A DNA stretch of 32,000 bases from Pseudomonas aeruginosa (GCF_001457615.1 NZ_LN831024.1:4350001-4382000); one strand, 5' to 3'. Numbered from the stretch's first letter, positions 9,327 to 20,442 are shown. Notes: a model not told the origin generated them from the sequence alone. Made by a program: numbers and translations.

Positions 9327-10112
9327 TCAAAGATTCTGGGTGACGAAGGACAACATCTGGTCGGCGGTGGAGATGACCTTGGAGTTCATCTCGTAGGCGC
9401 GCTGGGTGGTGATCATGTTCACCAGTTCCTCGACCACGTTGACGTTGGAGTTTTCCAGGGTGTTCTGGGCAACCGTGCCGAGGCCGTTGAGACCCGGCGT
9501 ACCGACCTGGGGCGCGCCGCTGGAGCCGGTTTCCAGGAACAGGTTGTTGCCAATGGCCTGCAGGCCGGCCGGGTTGATGAAGTCGGCGGTCTGGATGTTG
9601 CCGATCACCTGCGGCTGGGCGTTGCCGGTGGTGGTCACCGAGACGGTGCCGTCCTGGCCGACGGTGAAGGTCTGGGTCTCGTTGGGCACCACGATCGCTG
9701 GCTCCAGGGCGAAGCCGTTGGAGGTGACGATCTGCCCGTCGGAGTTCAGGTGGAAGCTGCCGTCGCGGGTGTAGGACACGGTGCCGTCCGGCAGCAGGAC
9801 CTGGAAGAAGCCGCGCCCGTTGACCGCCATGTCCAGCGGCTGCTCGGTGGTCTGCAGGCTGCCCGGGGTGAAGATCTTCTGGGTGCCGACGACGCGCACA
9901 CCGGTACCCAGTTGCAGGCCCGAAGGCAGCTCGCTGTCCTGGGTCGACTGGCCGCCCGGCTGGCGCCGGATCTGGTACAGCAGGTCCTGGAACTCCGCGC
10001 GGTCGCGCTTGAAGCCGGTGGTGGATACGTTGGCCAGGTTGTTGGAAATGGTGGTCAGGTTCATGTCCTGGGCGGACAGACCGGTCTTGCTGACCCACAG
10101 TGCCGATAACAT
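9327..10112 (-). CDS. flgG: Flagellar distal rod protein FlgG
   Basis: 261 aa. It has the N-terminal rod motif SKTGLSAQDMNLTTISNNLANVSTTGFKR and the C-terminal motif VNVVEELVNMITTQRAYEMNSKVI. Confidence 0.95.
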   Translation of the reverse strand: MLSALWVSKTGLSAQDMNLTTISNNLANVSTTGFKRDRAEFQDLLYQIRRQPGGQSTQDSELPSGLQLGTGVRVVGTQKIFTPGSLQTTEQPLDMAVNGRGFFQVLLPDGTVSYTRDGSFHLNSDGQIVTSNGFALEPAIVVPNETQTFTVGQDGTVSVTTTGNAQPQVIGNIQTADFINPAGLQAIGNNLFLETGSSGAPQVGTPGLNGLGTVAQNTLENSNVNVVEELVNMITTQRAYEMNSKVISTADQMLSFVTQNL

Positions 10113-10158
10113 CGTCGTGCTCCTCGGGTGCCGGTTTTATGGCACCACGCTCAAGTGA

Positions 10159-10908
10159 TTAGCTGATTTGCAAAACCCGCGCCATGGCCGCCGAATCGTC
10201 CTCGGCGGTGCGCATCATCTTCACGTGCAGCTCGAATTGACGGGACAGCGAGAGGATCGCGGTCATCTCTTCCACCGCGTTCACGTTGCTGCTTTCCAGG
10301 AAACCGGAGACCACCTTCACGTTGGCGTCGGCCAGCGGCGCCTGCTCGCCCGGCTGCGGCTTGTAGTGCAGCAGGCCGTCGGTACCCTTCTCCATCTGCT
10401 TCAGGTTCGGGTTGACCAGCTTGATCCGGTCCACCACGGCGACCACGTTGGGGTTCTCGCCAAGGGCGCGGATGCTGATGGTGCCGTCCTGGCCGATCTC
10501 CACCTTTTCCTCCGGCGGCACGGCGATCGGCCCACCGTTGCCGAGCACCGGCAAGCCATCGCCGGTGCGCAGCATGCCGAGGGCGTCGATATGCATGCCG
10601 GCGGTACGCACGTAGGCCTCGCTGCCATCCGGCGCCTGGACCGCGACGAAGCCGTCGCCGTCGATGGCGATGTCCAGCTCGTTGCCGGTTTCCTGGAGGC
10701 TGCCATGGCTGAAATCGGTACCGGGCCGCTCGCTCATGGCGAATACCCGCGCCGGGAAGCTGTCGCCGAACACCTGCATCGAACGCGCCTGCTCGAAGTC
10801 GCGACGAAAGCCGCTGGTCGAGATGTTCGCCAGGTTGTTGGCATGAGCACGCATCGCCAGGGTGTTCTGGCTAGCCCCGCTCATGGAGACGTACAGCATC
10901 TTGTCCAT
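10159..10908 (-). CDS. flgF: Flagellar proximal rod protein FlgF
   Basis: The ORF track gives 10159-10932. I trimmed it to the ATG at 10908 (MDKMLYVSMSGASQ...), which is preceded by a GGAGGA Shine-Dalgarno. This gives 249 aa with rod-protein N- and C-terminal motifs. Confidence 0.93.
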   Translation of the reverse strand: MDKMLYVSMSGASQNTLAMRAHANNLANISTSGFRRDFEQARSMQVFGDSFPARVFAMSERPGTDFSHGSLQETGNELDIAIDGDGFVAVQAPDGSEAYVRTAGMHIDALGMLRTGDGLPVLGNGGPIAVPPEEKVEIGQDGTISIRALGENPNVVAVVDRIKLVNPNLKQMEKGTDGLLHYKPQPGEQAPLADANVKVVSGFLESSNVNAVEEMTAILSLSRQFELHVKMMRTAEDDSAAMARVLQIS

Positions 10909-10959
10909 CGAATCCTCCAGGCACCGGCACAATCCGCCGGGCTTTCTTGCAGGTTATCC

Positions 10960-10975
10960 AGCAAGCGCCGTGCCA
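10960..10975 (-). promoter_or_regulatory. sigma54 (RpoN) promoter of flgFGHIJKL
   Basis: The minus strand reads TGGCACGGCGCTTGCT, an exact match to TGGCAC-N5-TTGCW. The -12 element is about 53 nt upstream of the flgF ATG. Confidence 0.8.
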
Positions 10976-10992
10976 GAATTCGAAAAAACAAT

Positions 10993-11005
10993 TAATACAT
11001 TGATT
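10993..11005 (-). promoter_or_regulatory. Candidate IHF site upstream of the flgF sigma54 promoter
   Basis: The minus strand reads AATCAATGTATTA, which fits WATCAANNNNTTR exactly. It lies inside the only strongly AT-rich patch of this intergenic region, about 20-30 bp upstream of the -24 element. Confidence 0.5.
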
Positions 11006-11014
11006 TAAAAGGAT

Positions 11015-11048
11015 TTTATAAAACAGAAAGCCTCCTTTCGGAGGCTTC
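11015..11048 (-). terminator. Rho-independent terminator after flgE (end of flgBCDE)
   Basis: The minus strand reads GAAGCCTCC-GAAA-GGAGGCTT followed by TCTGTTTTATAAAA. Confidence 0.65.
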
Positions 11049-11125
11049 GGGGGCACCCCCTGGCCAGGGGTTGCCGCTGGCGGCAAGGGCCTTGCCGGTG
11101 CCCGGACGGCACCGGCAAGCCGTCA

Positions 11126-12541
<1,416 letters not shown>

Positions 12542-13255
12542 TTACTGGCCGATGATCTGTACTTTGGACAGCGCGATGCTGCCCAGGCCTGCGAGGTTGA
12601 GCATCAGCTCGCCGCCGTTCTGCCCCAGGGTGACGCTGTCGACGTTGGCCGGCAGGTAGGTCTGGAGCCCGTAGGTCTTGCCGTCGATCGAGGTCTGCGC
12701 CTCGAACTTGTAGGTGCCCGGCGGCATGATGTTGCCGCTGCTGTCCTTGCCGTCCCACATGAAGCTGACGCTGCCGGCAGCCTGCTGGCCGAGGTTGATG
12801 CGATTGACCACGGTGCCCTTGTCGTCGTAGACGTTGACCCATACGTTGCTGCTGGAGACCGGCAGGTTGAGGGAAGCCTTGAAGGTGTCCTTGGTGTCCA
12901 CCACCGACTTGTCGGTCGCCACGATGACCTTCCGCCCCACCAGCGACGAGGCTTGCAGGGCCTGCGACGACTGGTAGTTGGAGAGAATGCTCTCCATGCT
13001 CTTGTTCAGCGACTGCACGCCTTCCACGGTGCTGAACTGGGCCAGTTGGGCGATGAACTCGCCGTTCTGCTGCGGCGACATCGGGTCCTGGTTCTTCAAC
13101 TGGGCCACCAGCAGCTTGAGGAATTCGTCCTTGCCAAGGTTGCTGCTGCCCTTGACGCTCTGCCCGGTCTCGGTGGCGCCGCTGCCGGCGGCGCGCTTGC
13201 TGCCGTTGACGTTGCCGGTGTTGCTGCTGGTGCCGCTGACGTTATCGATGCTCAT
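12542..13255 (-). CDS. flgD: Flagellar hook capping / assembly protein FlgD
   Basis: 237 aa. The motif LGKDEFLKLLVAQLKNQDPMSP is typical of FlgD, and the C-terminus is FlgD-like and beta-rich. Confidence 0.93.
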   Translation of the reverse strand: MSIDNVSGTSSNTGNVNGSKRAAGSGATETGQSVKGSSNLGKDEFLKLLVAQLKNQDPMSPQQNGEFIAQLAQFSTVEGVQSLNKSMESILSNYQSSQALQASSLVGRKVIVATDKSVVDTKDTFKASLNLPVSSSNVWVNVYDDKGTVVNRINLGQQAAGSVSFMWDGKDSSGNIMPPGTYKFEAQTSIDGKTYGLQTYLPANVDSVTLGQNGGELMLNLAGLGSIALSKVQIIGQ

Positions 13256-13267
13256 GCTCTACTCCGC

Positions 13268-13708
13268 TCACTGACCCAGGGTCAGGACCTTCTGCATCAT
13301 CTGTTTGGCGGTATTCATCATTTCCGCGTTGGTCTGGAAGGCACGGCTGGCGGAAATCATGTCGGCCATTTCCTCGACCACGTTCACATTGGGGTAATAC
13401 ACGTAGCCGTTGGCATCCGCGGCCGGATGGTTCGGCTCGTAGCGCGGCATCAGCGAACTCTGGTCCTCGACGATGCCCAGCACCTGCACGCCGGCGCCGG
13501 AGCTGTCCTGGTCGGCGAACAGCGAGCCGCTGTCGCCCTGGGCCTGCTGGAACATGGTGGAGAACACCGGATGGCGGGCGCGGTAGGTCTTGTCGACGCT
13601 GGAGGAAACCGTCTCGGCGTTGGCGATGTTGCTGGCCACGGTGTTCAGGCGGGTGCTCTGGGCGCTCATGCCGCTACCGGCAATGTTGAAGACACTGGCG
13701 AGGGACAT
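13268..13708 (-). CDS. flgC: Flagellar proximal rod protein FlgC
   Basis: 146 aa. It contains MSLASVFNIAGSGMSAQSTRLNTVASNIANAET near the N-terminus and NVNVVEEMADMISASRAFQTN near the C-terminus. Confidence 0.95.
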   Translation of the reverse strand: MSLASVFNIAGSGMSAQSTRLNTVASNIANAETVSSSVDKTYRARHPVFSTMFQQAQGDSGSLFADQDSSGAGVQVLGIVEDQSSLMPRYEPNHPAADANGYVYYPNVNVVEEMADMISASRAFQTNAEMMNTAKQMMQKVLTLGQ

Positions 13709-13713
13709 GGCGG

Positions 13714-14121
13714 TTACTCTCCACGCAGGGCGCTGACCAGCCCTTTGAATTTGCTGTTGAGGAAGGTGAAGGACGCCTGGAAGTGCATGGCGTTCTCGGC
13801 GTAGTTGGCCTGCTCGATCTGGGCGTCGACAGTGTTCTGGTCGATCGACGGCTGGACCGGGATGCGGTACTGCAGGCTGCCCTCGCCCATGCCGAAACCT
13901 TCGGCGGCGATATGCCGCTCGTTGGTGGTGCGGGTGGCGAAGGTACCCTTGGCGGCCTTGTCCTTCTGCTCGGCGAGAACCGCGGCGAAGTCCAGGTCGC
14001 GAGCCTTGTAGTTCGGGGTATCGGCGTTGGCCAGGTTGTTGGCCAGCACTTCGGCGCGCTGGGCGCGGAAGCTGAGGGCCTGCTGGTGGATACCGAGTGC
14101 TCTGTCGAAACTGATGCTCAT
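13714..14121 (-). CDS. flgB: Flagellar proximal rod protein FlgB
   Basis: The ORF track gives 13714-14163. I trimmed it to the ATG at 14121 (MSISFDRALGIHQQALSFRAQRAEVLANNLANADTPNYKARD), giving 135 aa. The longer version would overlap the sigma54 promoter region. Confidence 0.9.
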   Translation of the reverse strand: MSISFDRALGIHQQALSFRAQRAEVLANNLANADTPNYKARDLDFAAVLAEQKDKAAKGTFATRTTNERHIAAEGFGMGEGSLQYRIPVQPSIDQNTVDAQIEQANYAENAMHFQASFTFLNSKFKGLVSALRGE

Positions 14122-14166
14122 GGCTGCGAACCTGTTTGCCGGTGTGGCTTTCGTCGCCAACACTTC

Positions 14167-14182
14167 AGCAAGGCCCGTGCCA
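14167..14182 (-). promoter_or_regulatory. sigma54 (RpoN) promoter of flgBCDE
   Basis: The minus strand reads TGGCACGGGCCTTGCT, an exact TGGCAC-N5-TTGCW. The -12 element is about 46 nt upstream of the flgB ATG, and an AT-rich tract lies immediately upstream at 14183-14225. Confidence 0.8.
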
Positions 14183-14308
14183 AATTATTAAAAACCTTTA
14201 TATTCAATAACTTGAGTTTATTTAAGGGCAACCCGGAAGCGGCAAGCGGCAAGCCGTTTCCGCTTGCCGGCAAGGGTGGCAAACCCCTGGAACGGCTTTT
14301 CCGGCAAA

Positions 14309-14341
14309 CGAAAAAAGGCCCGATATCGTCGATATCGGGCC
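14309..14341 (-). terminator. Rho-independent terminator after the 120-aa gene
   Basis: The minus strand reads GGCCCGATATCG-A-CGATATCGGGCC (12-bp arms) followed by TTTTTTCGTTT. It begins about 33 nt after the stop at 14374. Confidence 0.85.
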
Positions 14342-14373
14342 TTTCCCATGCTTCCGGCCGCCGGGGACACGGC

Positions 14374-14736
14374 TCACTCGTGGCGAATGATCCGCTCGAG
14401 ATCCACCGGTTCGCCGGGATGGGCATGCAGCTTGGCGCGAATGTCCTCGAACATCGCATCGTATTCCTTGTGCACCCGGGTGATCGCGCCGAACTTCGGG
14501 TGCAGGCCGTGCTTCTGGGCGACCCGCGTGGCATCGCTGGCGAAGTTGAAGGCGGTATCGCGCGGCAGCTCGAAGGAGTCGCTGAACGGCTTGCCGTCGA
14601 TCTCGCCGTCCATGTCGAAGTGCACATAGGCGCCGGATTCGGCGTTCTGCCGCACCTCGTAGCGGATATGGATATTGATGTCCTGCTGGTCGAGGCCGGG
14701 CAGGCTGACCAGATGGAGGTGGCCTGGTTCGAACAT
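14374..14736 (-). CDS. Conserved hypothetical protein (120 aa), function unknown
   Basis: ATG start preceded by an AGGAG Shine-Dalgarno, and its own strong terminator. I saw no recognisable catalytic motif. By position it corresponds to the gene I recall as PA1076. Confidence 0.8.
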   Translation of the reverse strand: MFEPGHLHLVSLPGLDQQDINIHIRYEVRQNAESGAYVHFDMDGEIDGKPFSDSFELPRDTAFNFASDATRVAQKHGLHPKFGAITRVHKEYDAMFEDIRAKLHAHPGEPVDLERIIRHE

Positions 14737-14802
14737 GACGAATCTCCTGGTGGGAATCGGAATCAGTCTAGCCAGGGTCGAGCGAAAGAAAACCGCCCTG
14801 GA

Positions 14803-15120
14803 TCAGTGCAACGTCGCTTTTTCCGCGCGTTCCTGAATGACCACCCAGGGCGCCACCACCACCGCCCAGAGGGTCGGGTCGCGTTCGAGGAAGTCCTTGG
14901 CCGCATCCTCCCCGACCTTGCTCAGGCCGCCGCCGGAAAGCCAGGCGGCGACCTTCTCGCGGTCGTCCCCGGCCAGGGCCTCGGCGACTTCCACCAGGTC
15001 CAGCGCGGCATCGACCTGGAGCAAGGCGCCACGGGCGAAGAACGGTTGCAGCTCGGCCCAGGAAATGACCGCGGTCTCGCCGAGCAGCTTGGCATAGAGG
15101 GTGCTAGTTTGTTCTGTCAT
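14803..15120 (-). CDS. Conserved hypothetical protein (105 aa), probably DUF2288-like
   Basis: ATG start, coding-like high GC3, and divergent from braC. The family assignment is from memory of similar sequences and is not verified. Confidence 0.75.
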   Translation of the reverse strand: MTEQTSTLYAKLLGETAVISWAELQPFFARGALLQVDAALDLVEVAEALAGDDREKVAAWLSGGGLSKVGEDAAKDFLERDPTLWAVVVAPWVVIQERAEKATLH

Positions 15121-15418
15121 GGGATCTACCTGGATTGCATGGGCGCCATGATAACGCCCGCCAGTAGCCCACGACAGCCGAAGGGAAACCGGGCCCAGGG
15201 AGGTGAGGCAGGTCCGCGCCGTTTTTCTATACGTTTATGTCAACCAGGCGACACGACTCACGGGAGCTCGCCGTGCCGTGCTTTTCAAGCGACGAAGCGC
15301 CGCTCTACACTGTACCGGTACAGTTCCCGGGGTCCGTCCATGACGATCACCCGGTCTCCTCCGGCCCCCGCGGCCGCGAGACTACAACAATGACAACACA
15401 CAAGAAGAGTGGAGCACT

Positions 15419-16540
15419 ATGAAGAAGGGTACTCAGCGTCTATCCCGCCTGTTCGCCGCGATGGCCATTGCCGGGTTCGCCAGCTACTCCATGGCCGCCG
15501 ACACCATCAAGATCGCCCTGGCTGGCCCGGTCACCGGTCCGGTAGCCCAGTACGGCGACATGCAGCGCGCCGGTGCGCTGATGGCAATCGAACAGATCAA
15601 CAAGGCAGGCGGCGTGAACGGCGCGCAACTCGAAGGCGTGATCTACGACGACGCCTGCGATCCCAAGCAGGCCGTGGCGGTCGCCAACAAGGTGGTCAAC
15701 GACGGCGTCAAGTTCGTGGTCGGCCATGTCTGCTCCAGCTCCACCCAACCCGCCACCGACATCTACGAAGACGAAGGCGTGCTGATGATCACCCCGTCGG
15801 CCACCGCCCCGGAAATCACCTCGCGCGGCTACAAGCTGATCTTCCGCACGATCGGCCTGGACAACATGCAGGGCCCGGTGGCCGGCAAGTTCATCGCCGA
15901 ACGCTACAAGGACAAGACCATCGCGGTACTGCACGACAAGCAGCAGTACGGCGAAGGCATCGCCACCGAGGTGAAGAAGACCGTGGAAGACGCCGGCATC
16001 AAGGTTGCCGTCTTCGAAGGCCTGAACGCCGGCGACAAGGACTTCAACGCGCTGATCAGCAAGCTGAAGAAAGCCGGCGTGCAGTTCGTCTACTTCGGCG
16101 GCTACCACCCGGAAATGGGCCTGCTGCTGCGCCAGGCCAAGCAGGCCGGGCTGGACGCGCGCTTCATGGGCCCGGAAGGGGTCGGCAACAGCGAAATCAC
16201 CGCGATCGCCGGCGACGCTTCGGAAGGCATGCTGGCGACCCTGCCGCGCGCCTTCGAGCAGGATCCGAAGAACAAGGCCCTGATCGACGCCTTCAAGGCG
16301 AAGAACCAGGATCCGAGCGGCATCTTCGTCCTGCCCGCCTACTCCGCGGTCACAGTGATCGCCAAGGGCATCGAGAAAGCCGGCGAGGCCGATCCGGAGA
16401 AGGTCGCCGAGGCCCTGCGCGCCAACACCTTCGAGACTCCCACCGGGAACCTCGGGTTCGACGAGAAGGGCGACCTGAAGAACTTCGACTTCACCGTCTA
16501 CGAGTGGCACAAGGACGCCACCCGGACCGAGGTCAAGTAA
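15419..16540 (+). CDS. braC: Branched-chain amino-acid ABC transporter, periplasmic binding protein (LivJ/LivK family)
   Basis: 373 aa. It has a signal peptide (MKKGTQRLSRLFAAMAIAGFASYSMA/ADTIKIALAGPVTGPVAQYGD) and a LIV-binding-protein-type sequence, and is followed by braDEFG. Confidence 0.93.
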   Translation: MKKGTQRLSRLFAAMAIAGFASYSMAADTIKIALAGPVTGPVAQYGDMQRAGALMAIEQINKAGGVNGAQLEGVIYDDACDPKQAVAVANKVVNDGVKFVVGHVCSSSTQPATDIYEDEGVLMITPSATAPEITSRGYKLIFRTIGLDNMQGPVAGKFIAERYKDKTIAVLHDKQQYGEGIATEVKKTVEDAGIKVAVFEGLNAGDKDFNALISKLKKAGVQFVYFGGYHPEMGLLLRQAKQAGLDARFMGPEGVGNSEITAIAGDASEGMLATLPRAFEQDPKNKALIDAFKAKNQDPSGIFVLPAYSAVTVIAKGIEKAGEADPEKVAEALRANTFETPTGNLGFDEKGDLKNFDFTVYEWHKDATRTEVK

Positions 16541-16556
16541 GCATCGTTGCAGTACG

Positions 16557-16589
16557 GAGCCCACGTCACCCACCGTGGGCTTTGTTTTA
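16557..16589 (+). terminator. Rho-independent terminator / attenuator after braC
   Basis: An 8-bp stem, AGCCCACG / CGTGGGCT, with an 8-nt loop, followed by TTTGTTTT. It lies 17 nt after the braC stop, and a 210-nt gap precedes braD. Confidence 0.7.
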
Positions 16590-16800
16590 GTACCCGCATG
16601 ATTCCGCGAGCGGCGGCCCGGCAAGGGCAGGCGAAGACCGGCAGCGTTCACTCCTGGTGGACGGGAGCGCGGCTTTCCCCTGCCTCCCGCCGGCCCGCCG
16701 CGCGCCGGATCGTGACGGGTCTCAGCAGCGTTCCGGCCCCACACCCGCGAGCCGAACGTCTACCTGCCGTACAACGGCGGGCGTTTAGCGAGAGAGTCCC

Positions 16801-17720
<920 letters not shown>

Positions 17721-17724
<4 letters not shown>

Positions 17725-18974
17725 GCCAGTCCCTCAAGCGAGCGCTGTTCAGCGCCCTCCTCGTGATCCTGGTGTCCTATCCGATCCTAGGCCTGAAGCT
17801 GCGCACCGTCGGCATCAAGCTCGAGGTCCTCGGCGCCGATGCGCAGACCCTCTGGACCATCGCCGCGGCCGCCCTGGCCATGTTCGTCTGGCAGCTGTTC
17901 CGCGACCGCATCCCGCTCAAGCTGGGTCGCGGCGTCGGCTACAAGGTCAACGGCAGCGGCCTGAAGAACTTCCTCAGCCTGCCATCGACCCAGCGCTGGG
18001 CGGTCCTCGCCCTGGTCGTGGTGGCTTTCGTCTGGCCGTTCTTCGCCTCGCGCGGGGCGGTGGACATCGCCACCCTGATCCTGATCTACGTGATGCTCGG
18101 CATCGGCCTGAACATCGTGGTCGGCCTGGCCGGCCTGCTCGATCTCGGCTACGTCGGCTTCTACGCGGTAGGTGCCTACACCTACGCGCTGCTCGCCGAG
18201 TACGCCGGGTTCGGCTTCTGGACCGCCCTGCCGATCGCCGGGATGATGGCCGCGCTGTTCGGCTTCCTCCTCGGCTTCCCGGTGCTGCGCCTGCGCGGCG
18301 ACTACCTGGCGATCGTGACCCTCGGCTTCGGCGAGATCATCCGCATCCTGCTGCGCAACATGACCGAGATCACCGGCGGCCCCAACGGCATCGGCTCGAT
18401 CCCCAAGCCGACCCTGTTCGGCCTGACCTTCGAACGCCGCGCGCCGGAAGGCATGCAGACCTTCCACGAGTTCTTCGGCATCGCCTACAACACCAACTAC
18501 AAGGTCATCCTGCTCTACGTGGTGGCCCTGCTGCTGGTGCTGCTGGCCCTGTTCGTGATCAACCGGCTGATGCGCATGCCGATCGGTCGCGCCTGGGAAG
18601 CGCTGCGCGAGGACGAAGTGGCCTGCCGCGCTCTCGGTCTCAACCCGACCATCGTCAAGCTCTCCGCCTTCACCATCGGCGCCAGCTTCGCCGGTTTCGC
18701 CGGCAGCTTCTTCGCCGCCCGCCAGGGCCTGGTGACGCCTGAGTCCTTCACCTTCATCGAGTCGGCGATGATCCTTGCGATCGTCGTGCTCGGCGGCATG
18801 GGTTCGCAGCTCGGCGTGATACTCGCCGCGGTGGTGATGGTGCTGCTCCAGGAAATGCGCGGGTTCAACGAATACCGCATGCTGATCTTCGGCCTGACCA
18901 TGATCGTGATGATGATCTGGCGTCCCCAGGGACTGCTGCCGATGCAACGCCCGCACCTGGAGCTGAAGCCATGA
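17721..18974 (+). CDS. braE: Branched-chain amino-acid ABC transporter permease (LivM family)
   Basis: 417 aa and polytopic. The motif [28 protein letters not shown] is typical of LivM. ATGA overlaps occur at both ends. Confidence 0.93.
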
Positions 18975-19738
18975 GCCGACCGATTCTCGAAGTGAGCGGC
19001 CTGACCATGCGCTTCGGCGGCCTGCTGGCCGTCAACGGCGTCAACCTGAAGGTCGAGGAAAAGCAGGTGGTCTCGATGATCGGCCCGAACGGCGCCGGCA
19101 AGACCACCGTGTTCAACTGCCTGACCGGCTTCTACCAGCCCACCGGCGGCCTGATCCGCTTCGACGGCGAGGAGATCCAGGGCCTGCCCGGTCACAAGAT
19201 CGCTCGCAAGGGCGTGGTGCGGACCTTCCAGAACGTCCGCCTGTTCAAGGAAATGACCGCGGTGGAGAACCTGCTGGTCGCCCAGCACCGCCACCTCAAC
19301 ACCAACTTCCTCGCCGGCCTGTTCAAGACCCCGGCGTTCCGCCGCAGCGAGCGCGAGGCCATGGAGTACGCCGCGCACTGGCTGGAGGAAGTCAACCTTA
19401 CCGAGTTCGCCAACCGCAGCGCCGGTACCCTCGCCTACGGCCAGCAGCGACGCCTGGAGATCGCCCGCTGCATGATGACCCGCCCGCGGATCCTCATGCT
19501 CGACGAGCCGGCCGCCGGCCTCAACCCGAAGGAGACCGACGACCTCAAGGCGCTGATCGCCAAGCTGCGCAGCGAGCACAACGTGACGGTATTGCTGATC
19601 GAGCACGACATGAAGCTGGTGATGAGCATTTCCGACCATATCGTGGTGATCAACCAGGGCGCCCCCCTGGCCGACGGGACGCCGGAGCAGATCCGCGACA
19701 ACCCGGACGTGATCAAGGCTTATCTGGGGGAAGCGTGA
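18971..19738 (+). CDS. braF: Branched-chain amino-acid ABC transporter ATP-binding protein (LivG family)
   Basis: 255 aa. It has Walker [10 protein letters not shown], the signature [11 protein letters not shown], and Walker [11 protein letters not shown]. Confidence 0.94.
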
Positions 19739-19740
19739 GC

Positions 19741-20442
19741 ATGCTGAGTTTCGACAAGGTTTCCACCTACTACGGCAAGATCCAGGCGCTGCACGACGTC
19801 AGCGTGGAAGTGAAGAAGGGCGAGATCGTCACCCTGATCGGCGCCAACGGCGCCGGCAAGTCGACCCTGCTGATGACGCTCTGCGGTTCGCCGCAGGCGG
19901 CCAGCGGCAGCATCCGCTACGAAGGCGAGGAACTGGTCGGCCTACCCTCCTCCACCATCATGCGCAAGAGCATCGCGGTGGTCCCGGAAGGCCGCCGGGT
20001 ATTCTCCCGCCTGACGGTGGAAGAAAACCTGGCGATGGGCGGCTTCTTCACCGACAAGGACGATTATCAGGTGCAGATGGACAAGGTGCTGGAGCTCTTC
20101 CCGCGCCTGAAGGAGCGCTACGAACAGCGCGCCGGGACCATGTCCGGCGGCGAACAGCAGATGCTCGCCATCGGCCGCGCGCTGATGAGCAAGCCGAAGC
20201 TGTTGCTGCTGGACGAACCTTCGCTCGGCCTCGCGCCGATCATCATCCAGCAGATCTTCGAGATCATCGAGCAACTGCGTCGCGAAGGCGTCACCGTGTT
20301 CCTCGTCGAGCAGAACGCCAACCAGGCGTTGAAGCTCGCCGATCGCGCCTACGTGCTGGAGAACGGCCGGATCGTCATGCACGACACCGGCGCCGCCCTG
20401 CTGACCAACCCGAAGGTGCGCGACGCCTACCTCGGCGGCTGA
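19741..20442 (+). CDS. braG: Branched-chain amino-acid ABC transporter ATP-binding protein (LivF family)
   Basis: It has Walker A GANGAGKST, the signature SGGEQQMLAIGR, and Walker B LLLLDEPSLG. I chose the ATG at 19741 (233 aa, MLSFDKV...). A GTG at 19735 overlapping the braF stop is an alternative start. Confidence 0.92.
   Translation: MLSFDKVSTYYGKIQALHDVSVEVKKGEIVTLIGANGAGKSTLLMTLCGSPQAASGSIRYEGEELVGLPSSTIMRKSIAVVPEGRRVFSRLTVEENLAMGGFFTDKDDYQVQMDKVLELFPRLKERYEQRAGTMSGGEQQMLAIGRALMSKPKLLLLDEPSLGLAPIIIQQIFEIIEQLRREGVTVFLVEQNANQALKLADRAYVLENGRIVMHDTGAALLTNPKVRDAYLGG

Noticed and set aside
15303-15312. The 10-mer CTCTACACTG occurs upstream of both braC (15303-15312) and the SDR gene (about 25833-25842).
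   Set aside because: This is a single short shared word containing a -10-like TACACT. The flanks show no further similarity, so it is most simply a coincidence or a generic promoter element.
15309-15324. The braC palindrome considered as a LexA (SOS) box.
   Set aside because: The SOS box is CTGT-N8-ACAG. Here the arms are CTGT-N6-ACAG, so the spacing does not fit.
15237-15422. A 61-aa ORF in the braC leader, considered as a possible branched-chain amino-acid attenuation leader peptide.
   Set aside because: It has no run of Leu/Ile/Val codons and no obvious alternative terminator/antiterminator pairing. Its composition looks like a random high-GC frame.
16590-16800. The 210-nt non-coding gap between braC and braD, considered as a possible sRNA or mobile remnant.
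   Set aside because: I saw no terminal repeats, no promoter-plus-terminator pair and no conserved structure. It is most simply the known arrangement of a binding-protein gene with partial termination followed by re-initiation or read-through into braDEFG.
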